Source of the DNA: Thiopseudomonas sp.
Lineage (GTDB): Bacteria > Pseudomonadota > Gammaproteobacteria > Pseudomonadales > Pseudomonadaceae
NCBI GenBank assembly: GCA_023228985.1
Contig: JALOAC010000007.1
Coordinates: 22,254 to 86,253, forward strand
Length of the DNA: 64,000 nt
Direction: 5' to 3'
The notes beneath the pieces were generated by a model that was given only the letters and a program-made list of their open reading frames with translations, made no database searches and was not told where the DNA came from. Below, piece after piece: positions 47,735 to 56,122 of this stretch (position 1 is the first letter of the stretch; each line of letters begins with the position of its first letter). A program made the position numbers and the translations under genes.

Positions 47735-47792
47735 CACCGCGACTTTATCGCGTCGGTCTATCTTGTCTTGTTATGGGTGTCTTGGCACAATA

Positions 47793-47807
47793 TACCAATA
47801 TTTGGTA
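47793..47807. promoter_or_regulatory. Inverted repeat upstream of parD, candidate autorepression operator
   Basis: TACCAA-TAT-TTGGTA immediately before the AGGAGG RBS. Confidence 0.6.
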
Positions 47808-47820
47808 CAGGAGGTTTCTC

Positions 47821-48060
47821 ATGGCTAGAAACACCAGCATCACACTGGGCCCCCACTTTGACGACTTTATAGCGGCTCAGATTGAAAATGGCCGCTATGG
47901 TTCTGTGAGCGAGGTAGTCCGAGCTGGGCTGCGTCTGCTTGAAGAAACAGAGAGCAAGCTTGATCGCCTCCGGCGCCTCTTGGATGAAGGCGAGCAAAGC
48001 GGGATAGCGGATTATTCTCTTGAAAGCGTTATTGCAGAACTGGATAACGAAGCTCGCTAA
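47821..48060 (+). CDS. parD: ParD-family (RHH) antitoxin
   Basis: MARNTSITLG...GRYGSVSEVVRAGLRLLE with an acidic tail; AGGAGG RBS before ATG 47821. Confidence 0.92.
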   Translation: MARNTSITLGPHFDDFIAAQIENGRYGSVSEVVRAGLRLLEETESKLDRLRRLLDEGEQSGIADYSLESVIAELDNEAR

Positions 48061-48353
48061 TGCGCCCATACTTACTCACAGCCGCTGCCCGGAAAGACCT
48101 TCTTGATATTGGCCGCTTTACCACGGAAAAATGGGGCAAGCGCCAGCGTGATAAATACCTTAAGCAGCTGGATGATGCCTTTAAGCTGCTGTCTCGCCAG
48201 CCGGAAATGGGCCGTGATGCGAAAAACATTAAGGCAGGGTACAAAAAATTCATTCAGGGTAGTCATATTATCTTTTACCGAACCGGTGTGGACTCCAAGA
48301 TCGTTGTAATCCGAATTCTCCATAGCAGCATGGATGTGGACAAGCACCTGTGA
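48060..48353 (+). CDS. parE: ParE-family toxin (RelE/ParE superfamily)
   Basis: LTAAARKDLLDI...WGKRQRDKY...HIIFYR...VIRILHSSMD; TAATG coupling to parD. Confidence 0.92.
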   Translation: MRPYLLTAAARKDLLDIGRFTTEKWGKRQRDKYLKQLDDAFKLLSRQPEMGRDAKNIKAGYKKFIQGSHIIFYRTGVDSKIVVIRILHSSMDVDKHL

Positions 48354-48451
48354 CCCCATAACAGTGCTAGCTAGCGGCATGCAATGTTTCGGTGATGGAG
48401 CTATCCCAACGCCAACTAATACCCAAAGCCGTTCAAAGCTGTGTTCAGCAG

Positions 48452-48700
48452 GAACAAGCCTAAGACTTCTTTTGACATCCTCCCCGTCCTAAAGGACGGG
48501 GATTCCTACTGCTAGACGGCCATGCCCGACCGCGAGAATGTTTCGTGCCGCATTAACATCGCGATCGTGGGTGACACCACACCCGCTGCACGTCCATTCT
48601 CTTATTCCAAGCCCTGCGATACCTTTCGGCCTCGATTCGGGCAAGCTGCCACAACTCGAACAGGTTTGGGTGGTGTATGCCTCATTAACTTCCTTAAAAA
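48452..48700 (-). ncRNA. Putative TnpB reRNA/omegaRNA (right-end scaffold plus about 20-nt flanking guide); 5' boundary approximate
   Basis: Inferred from established TnpB biology: the scaffold overlaps the tnpB 3' end and ends at TCAA (48472), and the guide is the flank AAGAAGUCUUAGGCUUGUUC. No RNA data. Confidence 0.55.
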
Positions 48701-49553
48701 CAATACCTGCGTGAGCGCATTTATAGTCCAGCATTGTTTTTAATTGACCCCAGCCAGCATCCAGCACTGACTTGGCCATTGTGGTTTTAACGAGTTTTAA
48801 ACTACTGACATTGCCCACATAGATTTCACCGCAGCGGTTGACCAGCTTACGGCTGAACTTATGCAATGCGTCTTTTCTACGATTGGCGATTTTCGCATGA
48901 ATGGTTTTGACTTGGGTTTTATTTCTGGCTCGTTGCGCTATGGCCAGCTTTTCCTCAAGGCCACGGTAGAAGCGTCCCGCTTCTAGCTTTGTGTCATCCG
49001 AACAGGTGGCTGTGTCGGTCAAGCCAAGGTCAATACCGATACGGTCTTGGCCTTTGGCTGCCTCGACTTCGACATCCACCACCACATTGAAGTACCAGCG
49101 GCCACGAGCATCCTCATTGAAACTGGCCGTGCGAAACCTGTACTGGCTCAAACCGTAGCTATCCCACACCTTAAAGTAGTGGCCATTATGGTAGACCTGC
49201 CCATTTTTCCATTGAGCCGCGCCTGTGTTGACGGGAATCCAGCCCAGCGAGCGGCGTACACCGCCTGATTTGCGCCAATTTAAACGGCTCTTCTTGAACT
49301 GCTTACGCCTTGTGACGTACTCACCGGCAATGCACTGCAAGGTCTGGCTGTGCAAGCCCAGCTCTTTACCCGCGCCCTTAGTGTAAGGGTGCATATCATA
49401 AGCAGACAAAAACACACCACGCTCTTTAATCGAACGGTAGCTTAACTCATTAACAAAGTTCCAGACGAAATTAACGCTTTTTGCCATGCTATTAAGCAAA
49501 GGCACATGCCTGTCTCGCACTCGAACTTTTAAGGTTTTGGTGTGTTTTATCAT
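48489..49553 (-). CDS. tnpB: RNA-guided endonuclease TnpB (354 aa)
   Basis: RuvC-I GIDLG (D175), CSSCG/CSGCG zinc finger and RuvC-III HDRDVNAARNI (D332); the stop lies inside the right-end hairpin. Confidence 0.93.
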   Translation of the reverse strand: MIKHTKTLKVRVRDRHVPLLNSMAKSVNFVWNFVNELSYRSIKERGVFLSAYDMHPYTKGAGKELGLHSQTLQCIAGEYVTRRKQFKKSRLNWRKSGGVRRSLGWIPVNTGAAQWKNGQVYHNGHYFKVWDSYGLSQYRFRTASFNEDARGRWYFNVVVDVEVEAAKGQDRIGIDLGLTDTATCSDDTKLEAGRFYRGLEEKLAIAQRARNKTQVKTIHAKIANRRKDALHKFSRKLVNRCGEIYVGNVSSLKLVKTTMAKSVLDAGWGQLKTMLDYKCAHAGIVFKEVNEAYTTQTCSSCGSLPESRPKGIAGLGIREWTCSGCGVTHDRDVNAARNILAVGHGRLAVGIPVL

Positions 49554-49560
49554 ACTGTAT

Positions 49561-49589
49561 ATAATACCAGTGCCAGCCTCTACTGCAAA
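49561..49589 (-). promoter_or_regulatory. Putative sigma70 promoter of tnpB
   Basis: Minus strand TTTGCA-17 bp-TATTAT, ending 7 nt before the ATG. Confidence 0.5.
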
Positions 49590-49895
49590 GGCTTTAGCAG
49601 TCTGCTGAGAGGCTGCTTGCGCAGCCCTCGCTATCCATCCTCGCACTAAAAGTACGAGGTTTTACGCGATTTTGATAAAAATGTTACGCGAGTCCATGTT
49701 TTTAGGCAGATTAGCGCTGATTATGCTTGGCAATGCTTTGAGTATTGGACAATAACAAGGCAAGTCTTTAAGGTGTAGAGCCTAAAAATTACACTTTTTC
49801 TGGTAAGTAAGCGCAAATGCTTGACCAGAAGGTGGGCTCAGTTATATATAGCCTCTTCAAACACGATCTTTTTTATCTTGGGAAATTTCTAAGCA

Positions 49896-52490
49896 ATGAG
49901 TAAATCGCTGGTTATTGTGGAATCCCCGGCCAAGGCCAAGACCATTAACAAATATCTGGGTAACCAGTATGTGGTGAAGTCCAGTGTGGGTCATATTCGC
50001 GACTTGCCAACAAGTGGTGGCGGGGCAACCAAGCGTGCAAAAACCGACGAAAAGCTCAGTGCCCAAGAGCGCGCCCAACGCCAGTTGGTCAAGCGTATGG
50101 GAGTAGATCCAGAAAACGGTTGGAAAGCGCGTTATGAAATTCTGCCGGGCAAAGAAAAAGTGGTTGATGAACTTAAACGCCTTGCCAAAGACGCCGACAC
50201 TATCTATCTGGCAACGGACTTGGACCGCGAAGGGGAAGCCATTGCTTGGCACTTGCGCGAATCCATTGGCGGTGATGAAAGCCGCTTTAAGCGAGTCGTG
50301 TTTAATGAAATCACCAAAAAAGCTATTGAAAATGCCTTTGCTGAACCCGGTCAGCTCAATCTGAATCAAGTGAATGCTCAGCAAGCGCGTAGGTTTTTGG
50401 ACCGCGTGGTGGGTTTTATGGTGTCACCGCTGCTGTGGAAAAAAGTAGCTCGCGGTTTATCTGCAGGACGTGTGCAGTCGGTAGCCGTTAAGCTAGTGGT
50501 TGAGCGGGAAAAAGAAATACGCGCTTTTATTCCTGAAGAATTTTGGCAAGTACATGCGGATTTAACCAATCCAAAACAGCAGGGTGCGCGCTTTGAAGTG
50601 GTACGCGAGGCGGGACAAAACTTCCGCCCGGTTAGCAAAGAGCAAACCGACAAAGCTTTAGCCTTCTTAAAGCAGTCTGATTATCAGGTGGTTAAGCGCG
50701 AAGACAAACCTACTTCCAGTCGTCCCAGTGCGCCCTTTATTACTTCAACCTTGCAGCAAGCAGCCAGCACACGTTTGGGTTATGGCGTAAAGAAAACCAT
50801 GATGATGGCCCAGCGTTTGTATGAGGCTGGTTACATCACTTATATGCGTACCGACTCGACCAACCTGTCGAGCGATTCCATTGATATGGTGCGTGGCTTT
50901 ATTGAAGATGAGTTTGGCAAAAAATACCTATTAGACAAGCCTAATTTTTACAGCAGCAAAGAAGGTGCACAAGAAGCGCACGAAGCGATTCGCCCCTCGG
51001 ATGTGGCGGTGCGTCCTACTGAGCTAAAAGGCATGGAGCGTGATGCCGAGCGTCTCTATGATTTGATTTGGCGTCAATTTGTTGCTTGTCAGATGCCAGC
51101 GGCTGAATATTTGTCGACTAGCGTTACGGTGGCGGCAGGTGAGTTCGAGCTGCGCGTACGTGGGCGTATTTTGAAATTCGATGGTTACACCAAGGTGTTG
51201 CCGCCGCAGGGTAAGAACGCTGAAGATGCTGTGTTACCGGACTTGCAAAAGGGCGAAGCATTAAAACTGGTTAAACTGGATCCGACGCAACACTTTACCA
51301 AACCGCCTGCACGTTTTAGTGAAGCAAGTTTGGTTAAAGAGCTGGAAAAACAGGGCATTGGTCGTCCATCCACCTATGCAGCGATTATTTCTACGATTCA
51401 AGATCGCGGTTACGTGACTTTGAAAAACCGTCGTTTCCATGCGGAAAAAATTGGCGATATCGTTACCGAGCGCCTAGGCGAAAGCTTTGCCAATTTGATG
51501 GATTATAGCTTTACCGCAAAAATGGAAGAGCGTCTTGACGATGTGGCACATGGTAAATTGGTATGGAAACAGCTGCTGGATGAGTTCTACGGTGACTTTA
51601 AGGGTAAGTTAGAGTTGGCAGACAGTGCCGAAGCCGGCATGCGTGAAAATGCTCCGACGCTCACCGATATTCCTTGTAAAGAATGTGGTCGTCCGATGAT
51701 GATTCGCACAGCAACCACTGGCGTGTTTTTGGGTTGCTCAGGTTATAGCTTGCCGCCCAAAGAGCGCTGCAAATCAACGATGAACCTTGTGCCCGGTAAT
51801 GAAATTGCCGAAGATGACGAAGGTGAATCAGAGTCTTTACTGTTACGTAACAAACGCCGTTGTGGCAAGTGTGGTACGGCAATGGATGCGTACTTGCTGG
51901 ATGAAACACGCAAATTGCATATCTGTGGTAACAACCCAGACTGCTCCGGCTTTGAAGTCGAGGCGGGACAGTTCCGCATTAAGGGCTATGAAGGTCCAAG
52001 CTTAGAGTGCGATAAGTGCGGTAATGAAATGCAGCTAAAAACCGGTCGTTTTGGTAAGTTTTTTGGCTGTACTAATACTGAATGTAAAAACACCCGTAAG
52101 CTTTTAGCCAGCGGTGAGGCCGCTCCACCTAAAATGGATGTTGTGCCTATGCCGGAGCTGCAGTGTCAGAAAGTGGATGATACTTATGTGTTGCGTGATG
52201 GTGCGGCAGGTTTATTTTTGGCTGCCAGTCAGTTTCCAAAAAAACGCGAAACCCGTGCGCCCCTGCTGATCGAGTTGTTGCCGCACAAAGACGAGATTGA
52301 CGTTAAATACAGCTACTTGTTTAGCGCGCCAACCCATGATCCCGATGGCTTACCTAGCGTGGTACGTTACAGCCGTAAAGCTAAAGAGCAATACGTACAG
52401 TCTGAAATAGAGGGCAAACCCTCTGGCTGGCGCGCACTGTATGACGGCAAGAAATGGGTGGTAGAAGACAAGCGCAAGCCGAAAAAGTAG
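49896..52490 (+). CDS. topA: DNA topoisomerase I
   Basis: [34 protein letters not shown] (catalytic Tyr) and C-terminal zinc ribbons. Confidence 0.98.
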   Translation: MSKSLVIVESPAKAKTINKYLGNQYVVKSSVGHIRDLPTSGGGATKRAKTDEKLSAQERAQRQLVKRMGVDPENGWKARYEILPGKEKVVDELKRLAKDADTIYLATDLDREGEAIAWHLRESIGGDESRFKRVVFNEITKKAIENAFAEPGQLNLNQVNAQQARRFLDRVVGFMVSPLLWKKVARGLSAGRVQSVAVKLVVEREKEIRAFIPEEFWQVHADLTNPKQQGARFEVVREAGQNFRPVSKEQTDKALAFLKQSDYQVVKREDKPTSSRPSAPFITSTLQQAASTRLGYGVKKTMMMAQRLYEAGYITYMRTDSTNLSSDSIDMVRGFIEDEFGKKYLLDKPNFYSSKEGAQEAHEAIRPSDVAVRPTELKGMERDAERLYDLIWRQFVACQMPAAEYLSTSVTVAAGEFELRVRGRILKFDGYTKVLPPQGKNAEDAVLPDLQKGEALKLVKLDPTQHFTKPPARFSEASLVKELEKQGIGRPSTYAAIISTIQDRGYVTLKNRRFHAEKIGDIVTERLGESFANLMDYSFTAKMEERLDDVAHGKLVWKQLLDEFYGDFKGKLELADSAEAGMRENAPTLTDIPCKECGRPMMIRTATTGVFLGCSGYSLPPKERCKSTMNLVPGNEIAEDDEGESESLLLRNKRRCGKCGTAMDAYLLDETRKLHICGNNPDCSGFEVEAGQFRIKGYEGPSLECDKCGNEMQLKTGRFGKFFGCTNTECKNTRKLLASGEAAPPKMDVVPMPELQCQKVDDTYVLRDGAAGLFLAASQFPKKRETRAPLLIELLPHKDEIDVKYSYLFSAPTHDPDGLPSVVRYSRKAKEQYVQSEIEGKPSGWRALYDGKKWVVEDKRKPKK

Positions 52491-52541
52491 AGTTTAGAAC
52501 GGTGAGTTACTTGCCGCACACACTCAATCACTCGTGATACG

Positions 52542-52574
52542 CCACCGCTGGATTTCCGGCGGTGGTTTGTTTTT
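52542..52574 (+). terminator. topA intrinsic terminator
   Basis: CCACCGCTGG-ATTT-CCGGCGGTGG followed by TTTGTTTTT. Confidence 0.82.
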
Positions 52575-52608
52575 ACTGTTTAAAAGAAGCTAGTTTGTTG
52601 CCTTATTT

Positions 52609-53460
52609 ATGACCTTGAACGTATCACCACTTGAGACTGTCCGCCCCAAACCCTTTATCAAGTGGGTGGGAGGCAAGCGGCAGCTATTACCTGAGTTGCA
52701 AAGGTATTTGCCAGAGAAAATAACGGATTATTTTGAGCCCTTTATTGGGGGTGGTGCTTTGCTGTGGACCCTTGAACCACAAGAGTTACGCAGCATCACC
52801 ATTAATGACTACAATGCTGAGTTAATTAATGTTTACCAGGTGGTGAGGGACAAGCCGCGGCAGTTGCTTGCCAGTCTGGCCAAGCATCGCAACACAGAAA
52901 CCTATTATTACGAGCAACGTGCGCTGGATCGTCAAGATAATTTTAATCGTCGCACAGCAGTAACGCGCGCTAGCCGTTTCATTTACCTCAATAAAACTGG
53001 CTACAACGGCCTATATCGAGTGAACTCCAAAGGTCAGCATAATGTGCCTTTTGGTCGCTACGCGAATCCGACTATTGTTGATTCTGAAACCATCTATGCG
53101 TGCTCAGCATTTTTACAGCATGTGCGGCTCATGCAGGGTGATTTTGACGCTATCAGACCGTTATTAAGCGCAGATGCTTTTGTGTATTTTGATCCGCCCT
53201 ACGCGCCCGTTTCTGCAACCGCTAATTTTACCTCCTATACGGATCAGGGTTTTGACCACAGCATGCAACAGCGATTAAAAGAGCTCTGTGATTACATAGA
53301 TGCTATTGGTGCGAAATTTATACTGTCCAACTCCGCAGCTCCTCTGATTTATGAGCTGTATCAGGAGTATCAGATTGTTGAGGTGCAAGCCAGTCGTGCG
53401 GTGAACAGCAAAGCCTCTGGGCGTGGCAAGGTCACTGAACTTATTGTGCGTAATTATTGA
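52609..53460 (+). CDS. Dam/DpnM-family (D12 class) DNA adenine methyltransferase
   Basis: KPFIKWVGGK, motif I EPFIGGGA, TRD YRVNSKGQHNVPFGRY, motif IV DPPY and FILSNS; GATC specificity is inferred from the family. Confidence 0.92.
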   Translation: MTLNVSPLETVRPKPFIKWVGGKRQLLPELQRYLPEKITDYFEPFIGGGALLWTLEPQELRSITINDYNAELINVYQVVRDKPRQLLASLAKHRNTETYYYEQRALDRQDNFNRRTAVTRASRFIYLNKTGYNGLYRVNSKGQHNVPFGRYANPTIVDSETIYACSAFLQHVRLMQGDFDAIRPLLSADAFVYFDPPYAPVSATANFTSYTDQGFDHSMQQRLKELCDYIDAIGAKFILSNSAAPLIYELYQEYQIVEVQASRAVNSKASGRGKVTELIVRNY

Positions 53461-54728
53461 TGACCGATACCCTTAACGACGTTGCTTGGCACGATTTTTT
53501 ACAGGAAAATCCGGCGGTGCTGCAGTGCATCGACAGATATGGCTTTTGTGATGTTCAATCGAGCGTGCTGAAGCACTATCGTGAACCACGCTTGATGTGC
53601 AAAATTGATTTTCTTGAGCAGCAGCCCAAGATTTTAAAACAGCTAAGCATTTCAGTGTTAGCTATTGTGAATAAGCAGTATAGATTGGCGCGCACCCATC
53701 CCTTTATTGATATAGATACTGATTGGCTGCAGGATAAAGCCATTGATAAAACCTTTGCACTGCCCAACTACCTGCATAGCCTAGCTGCAACACATATTAC
53801 CAGCGAGTCAAAAGCCCTCGATGCAGCCTATGCCTCGGGCATGCTGCATGAGCTGGAGCAGGTGCAGTACTTGCATTTAACGGTGCGCGGTCGCAGTTAC
53901 TCGACCAATTTTGCGTTTGCTTTAGCGGATAGCAATGGCCACAGAATTGAATACCCAATCGCTGGCGTGCAATTAGAAGTTGATGGCGGCTATGAGAGTC
54001 ATGAGCGACTCTTGTTGATTGAGGCGAAAATGGGTTTTGCCAACAACATGAACCTCAGGCAGCTCCTTTATCCACAGCTAAACTACAGTGCATTATTGCG
54101 CAAGCCTGTGGTTACTTATTTGATGTTTTATGAGACGGGCGGTTTGTTTCATTTTTTGCCCTTTACCTATTACAACGGTATTCCTCAGATTAATTACGTG
54201 GGTTATCGACTGTTTAAGCTAGAGCAGCCGATGCTGCTGAATCCGCAGCAGTTATTTAATACACCCATTAATCCTATGCTGACCGGTTTCGGTGCGCCTT
54301 TCCCACAGGCGGACAGCATGGACACCTTGTTAAACCTGCTGTTAAGCATGGCAGCCGAGGTGCAATACAGCAAAGAGGAGCTGTTTGCTGATTACGCGCT
54401 AGTACCGCGGCAATGGGATTATTATTTAAATGCGCTAATTTGGCTTGGGTTAGTGTTTAAGTGCGCTGAGGGTTATTTTAGCTTAACGCCAAGAGGTCAT
54501 CAGATGCTCGAGTTAACCGAGCAAGAGCGCGTTTTTTATATTGCACAAACCGCCTTCTCCAATGATATTTTTAACGCACATCTGCATGCGGAAAACCCAT
54601 TCATCAACGCTAAGTCAAGGCTCAACAATGGCCTGAGCACAGACTCTACCTTCCAGCGCAGGCTACAAACGGTGAAAGCATGGCGTTGGTATCTGTTTCA
54701 GGTTTTGCGGCTCAACGGTCGAAATTAA
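53460..54728 (+). CDS. Putative PD-(D/E)xK restriction-like endonuclease with C-terminal winged-helix-like region
   Basis: QLEVDGGYE...LLLIEAK (D...ExK, about 53969-54029); C-terminal FPQAD...RQWDYYLNALIWLGLV...LTPRG; the ATG overlaps the MTase TGA. Confidence 0.65.
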   Translation: MTDTLNDVAWHDFLQENPAVLQCIDRYGFCDVQSSVLKHYREPRLMCKIDFLEQQPKILKQLSISVLAIVNKQYRLARTHPFIDIDTDWLQDKAIDKTFALPNYLHSLAATHITSESKALDAAYASGMLHELEQVQYLHLTVRGRSYSTNFAFALADSNGHRIEYPIAGVQLEVDGGYESHERLLLIEAKMGFANNMNLRQLLYPQLNYSALLRKPVVTYLMFYETGGLFHFLPFTYYNGIPQINYVGYRLFKLEQPMLLNPQQLFNTPINPMLTGFGAPFPQADSMDTLLNLLLSMAAEVQYSKEELFADYALVPRQWDYYLNALIWLGLVFKCAEGYFSLTPRGHQMLELTEQERVFYIAQTAFSNDIFNAHLHAENPFINAKSRLNNGLSTDSTFQRRLQTVKAWRWYLFQVLRLNGRN

Positions 54729-54810
54729 TTGCCATTAGCGTACAATACCACTCCTTTTACGAGCGTTAGGTCGCAATGGCAGTCGAGTGAATGCCTTAGA
54801 TTGGAAGTTT

Positions 54811-55062
54811 ATGTCAAAAGAATTTTTAGAAATTGTTGAATTACCCGATGGACGCATTATTTTGCGCCGCTCAGAAGAAGAGCCGCCTATGGTTACTCTG
54901 ACGTTTTCCAAAGAAGCGCGTGAGTTTTTAAAAGGCAAGTATATTGATGTGGCAAAGTCCATGTTTCATGCGGGCTTGCAAACGGCAGGGCAGTTGGCGG
55001 CAGAAGACTTTGTTGAAGAAGACGAAGACTTAGCAGACACTGAACAGCATACGCTACACTAA
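54811..55062 (+). CDS. Conserved Pseudomonadaceae small acidic protein normally near topA
   Basis: FLEIVELPDGRIILRR...VAKSMFHAGLQ with an acidic tail; function unknown. Confidence 0.75.
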   Translation: MSKEFLEIVELPDGRIILRRSEEEPPMVTLTFSKEAREFLKGKYIDVAKSMFHAGLQTAGQLAAEDFVEEDEDLADTEQHTLH

Positions 55063-55065
55063 ATT

Positions 55066-55965
55066 ATGGCCAACAAACCACTGGGAGCGAGCCGCATTCG
55101 ATTGCCTGTGGGTCATTGGTCGACGGTGCTGGAGTACCTATGCCAACGTTTTGTTCATATCGGCTCCGATGTGTGGCGAGAGCGCTTTAAGCAGCAAAAA
55201 ATCCTTAACGAGCACTATCAGCCGCTAGCTTTGCACGCGCCTTTTATTGCTGGTGCGACGGTGTATTATTTCCGTGAGTTACCGGCAGAGCCGCCAGTGC
55301 CTTTTCAAGAGCAGATTTTGTTTGAAGACGAACATCTGCTGGTGGTGGATAAGCCGCACTTTTTAGCGACGGCACCGGTCGGAAACTATGTGGAGCAAAG
55401 CGTGTTACGCCGTTTGCAGCGGCGCTTGCAATTGCCGGATCTGGTAGCCGCGCATCGGCTAGATCGACTCACAGCAGGGGTGTTGATGTTAATTAAACGC
55501 CGACAAGACCGTGATGCCTACCAGCGGTTGTTTCGTGAACAAACAGTTAAGAAAACCTACGAAGCTATTGCGCCGCCTTTGCCTAAACTGGTTTTTCCTT
55601 ATACCCACTGCAGCCGTCTGCAAGCCGATACTGAGTGCTTTTTTTTAATGCGTGAAGTGTCTGGAGCGCCCAATAGCCAGACACGCATTGAGGTGCTGAA
55701 GCAGGGGCAAACCAGTTGGCACTATGCACTGTATCCGGTTACCGGGCGTAAACATCAGTTGCGCGTGCATTTGGCCAGTCTGGGAGCGCCTATAGTGGGT
55801 GATGATTTTTATCCGCAGTTAACAACAACTAAGCAAGATAACTACCAACAACCGCTGCAACTGTTAGCACGTAGTTTAGAGTTTATTGATCCGCTAACGA
55901 GCCAGACACGCTATTTTTCTTCTTTACAACAATTAAAAAATATTGAACTTCTTACAGTCGTCTAA
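55066..55965 (+). CDS. RluA-family pseudouridine synthase
   Basis: VVDKPHFL, HRLDRLTAG (catalytic Asp), PVTGRKHQLRVHL and PIVGDDFY. Confidence 0.92.
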   Translation: MANKPLGASRIRLPVGHWSTVLEYLCQRFVHIGSDVWRERFKQQKILNEHYQPLALHAPFIAGATVYYFRELPAEPPVPFQEQILFEDEHLLVVDKPHFLATAPVGNYVEQSVLRRLQRRLQLPDLVAAHRLDRLTAGVLMLIKRRQDRDAYQRLFREQTVKKTYEAIAPPLPKLVFPYTHCSRLQADTECFFLMREVSGAPNSQTRIEVLKQGQTSWHYALYPVTGRKHQLRVHLASLGAPIVGDDFYPQLTTTKQDNYQQPLQLLARSLEFIDPLTSQTRYFSSLQQLKNIELLTVV

Positions 55966-56122
55966 TACTAAAAATTAATTTACTTCATTTGCTGTCTGGG
56001 TTAATGCTGTTAAACCAGATAAAACAAGCAGTCTTTATTAGCTTCTGCGGTACGCATAGTTTTGCAGGCGGTTCCCTTTAACTTTTACAGCAAGACAAGG
56101 GATTGTGCTGTGGTTGATCAAT

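Larger units (their letters stand above)
48472..49674 (-). mobile_element. Non-autonomous IS200/IS605-family element (tnpB only), about 1203 bp
   Basis: Minus strand. Left end: TTAT|CAAAA...AAAA-CCTCGTAC-TTTTA-GTGCGAGG hairpin. Right end: GAAT-CCCCGTCC-TTTA-GGACGGGG...TCAA|. There is no tnpA and no target-site duplication. Confidence 0.85.

Noticed and set aside
47730-47776. Complete attC site upstream of parD (ATAACA...TGTTAT around a CGCGA-CTTTA-TCGCG hairpin)
   Set aside because: It is only about 47 bp, the left box is not RYYYAAC and the L boxes do not pair convincingly. It could be the yigZ terminator region. Likewise no closing GTT was found after 48362.
49662-49691. 8-bp direct repeat TTACGCGA (49662-49669 and 49684-49691) as a target-site duplication
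   Set aside because: Both copies lie at the same end of the element, and IS200/IS605 elements do not make TSDs. It adds slight uncertainty to the left-end call only.
49857-49872. PsrA-like site upstream of topA
   Set aside because: Only the TCAAAC half-site is present; the second arm (TCTTTT) does not match.
49857-50384. 175-aa antisense ORF over topA, and similar shadows (4965-5348, 38105-38623, 47758-48069, 45705-46139)
   Set aside because: They lie almost entirely antisense to well-supported genes and have no recognisable motifs or RBS.
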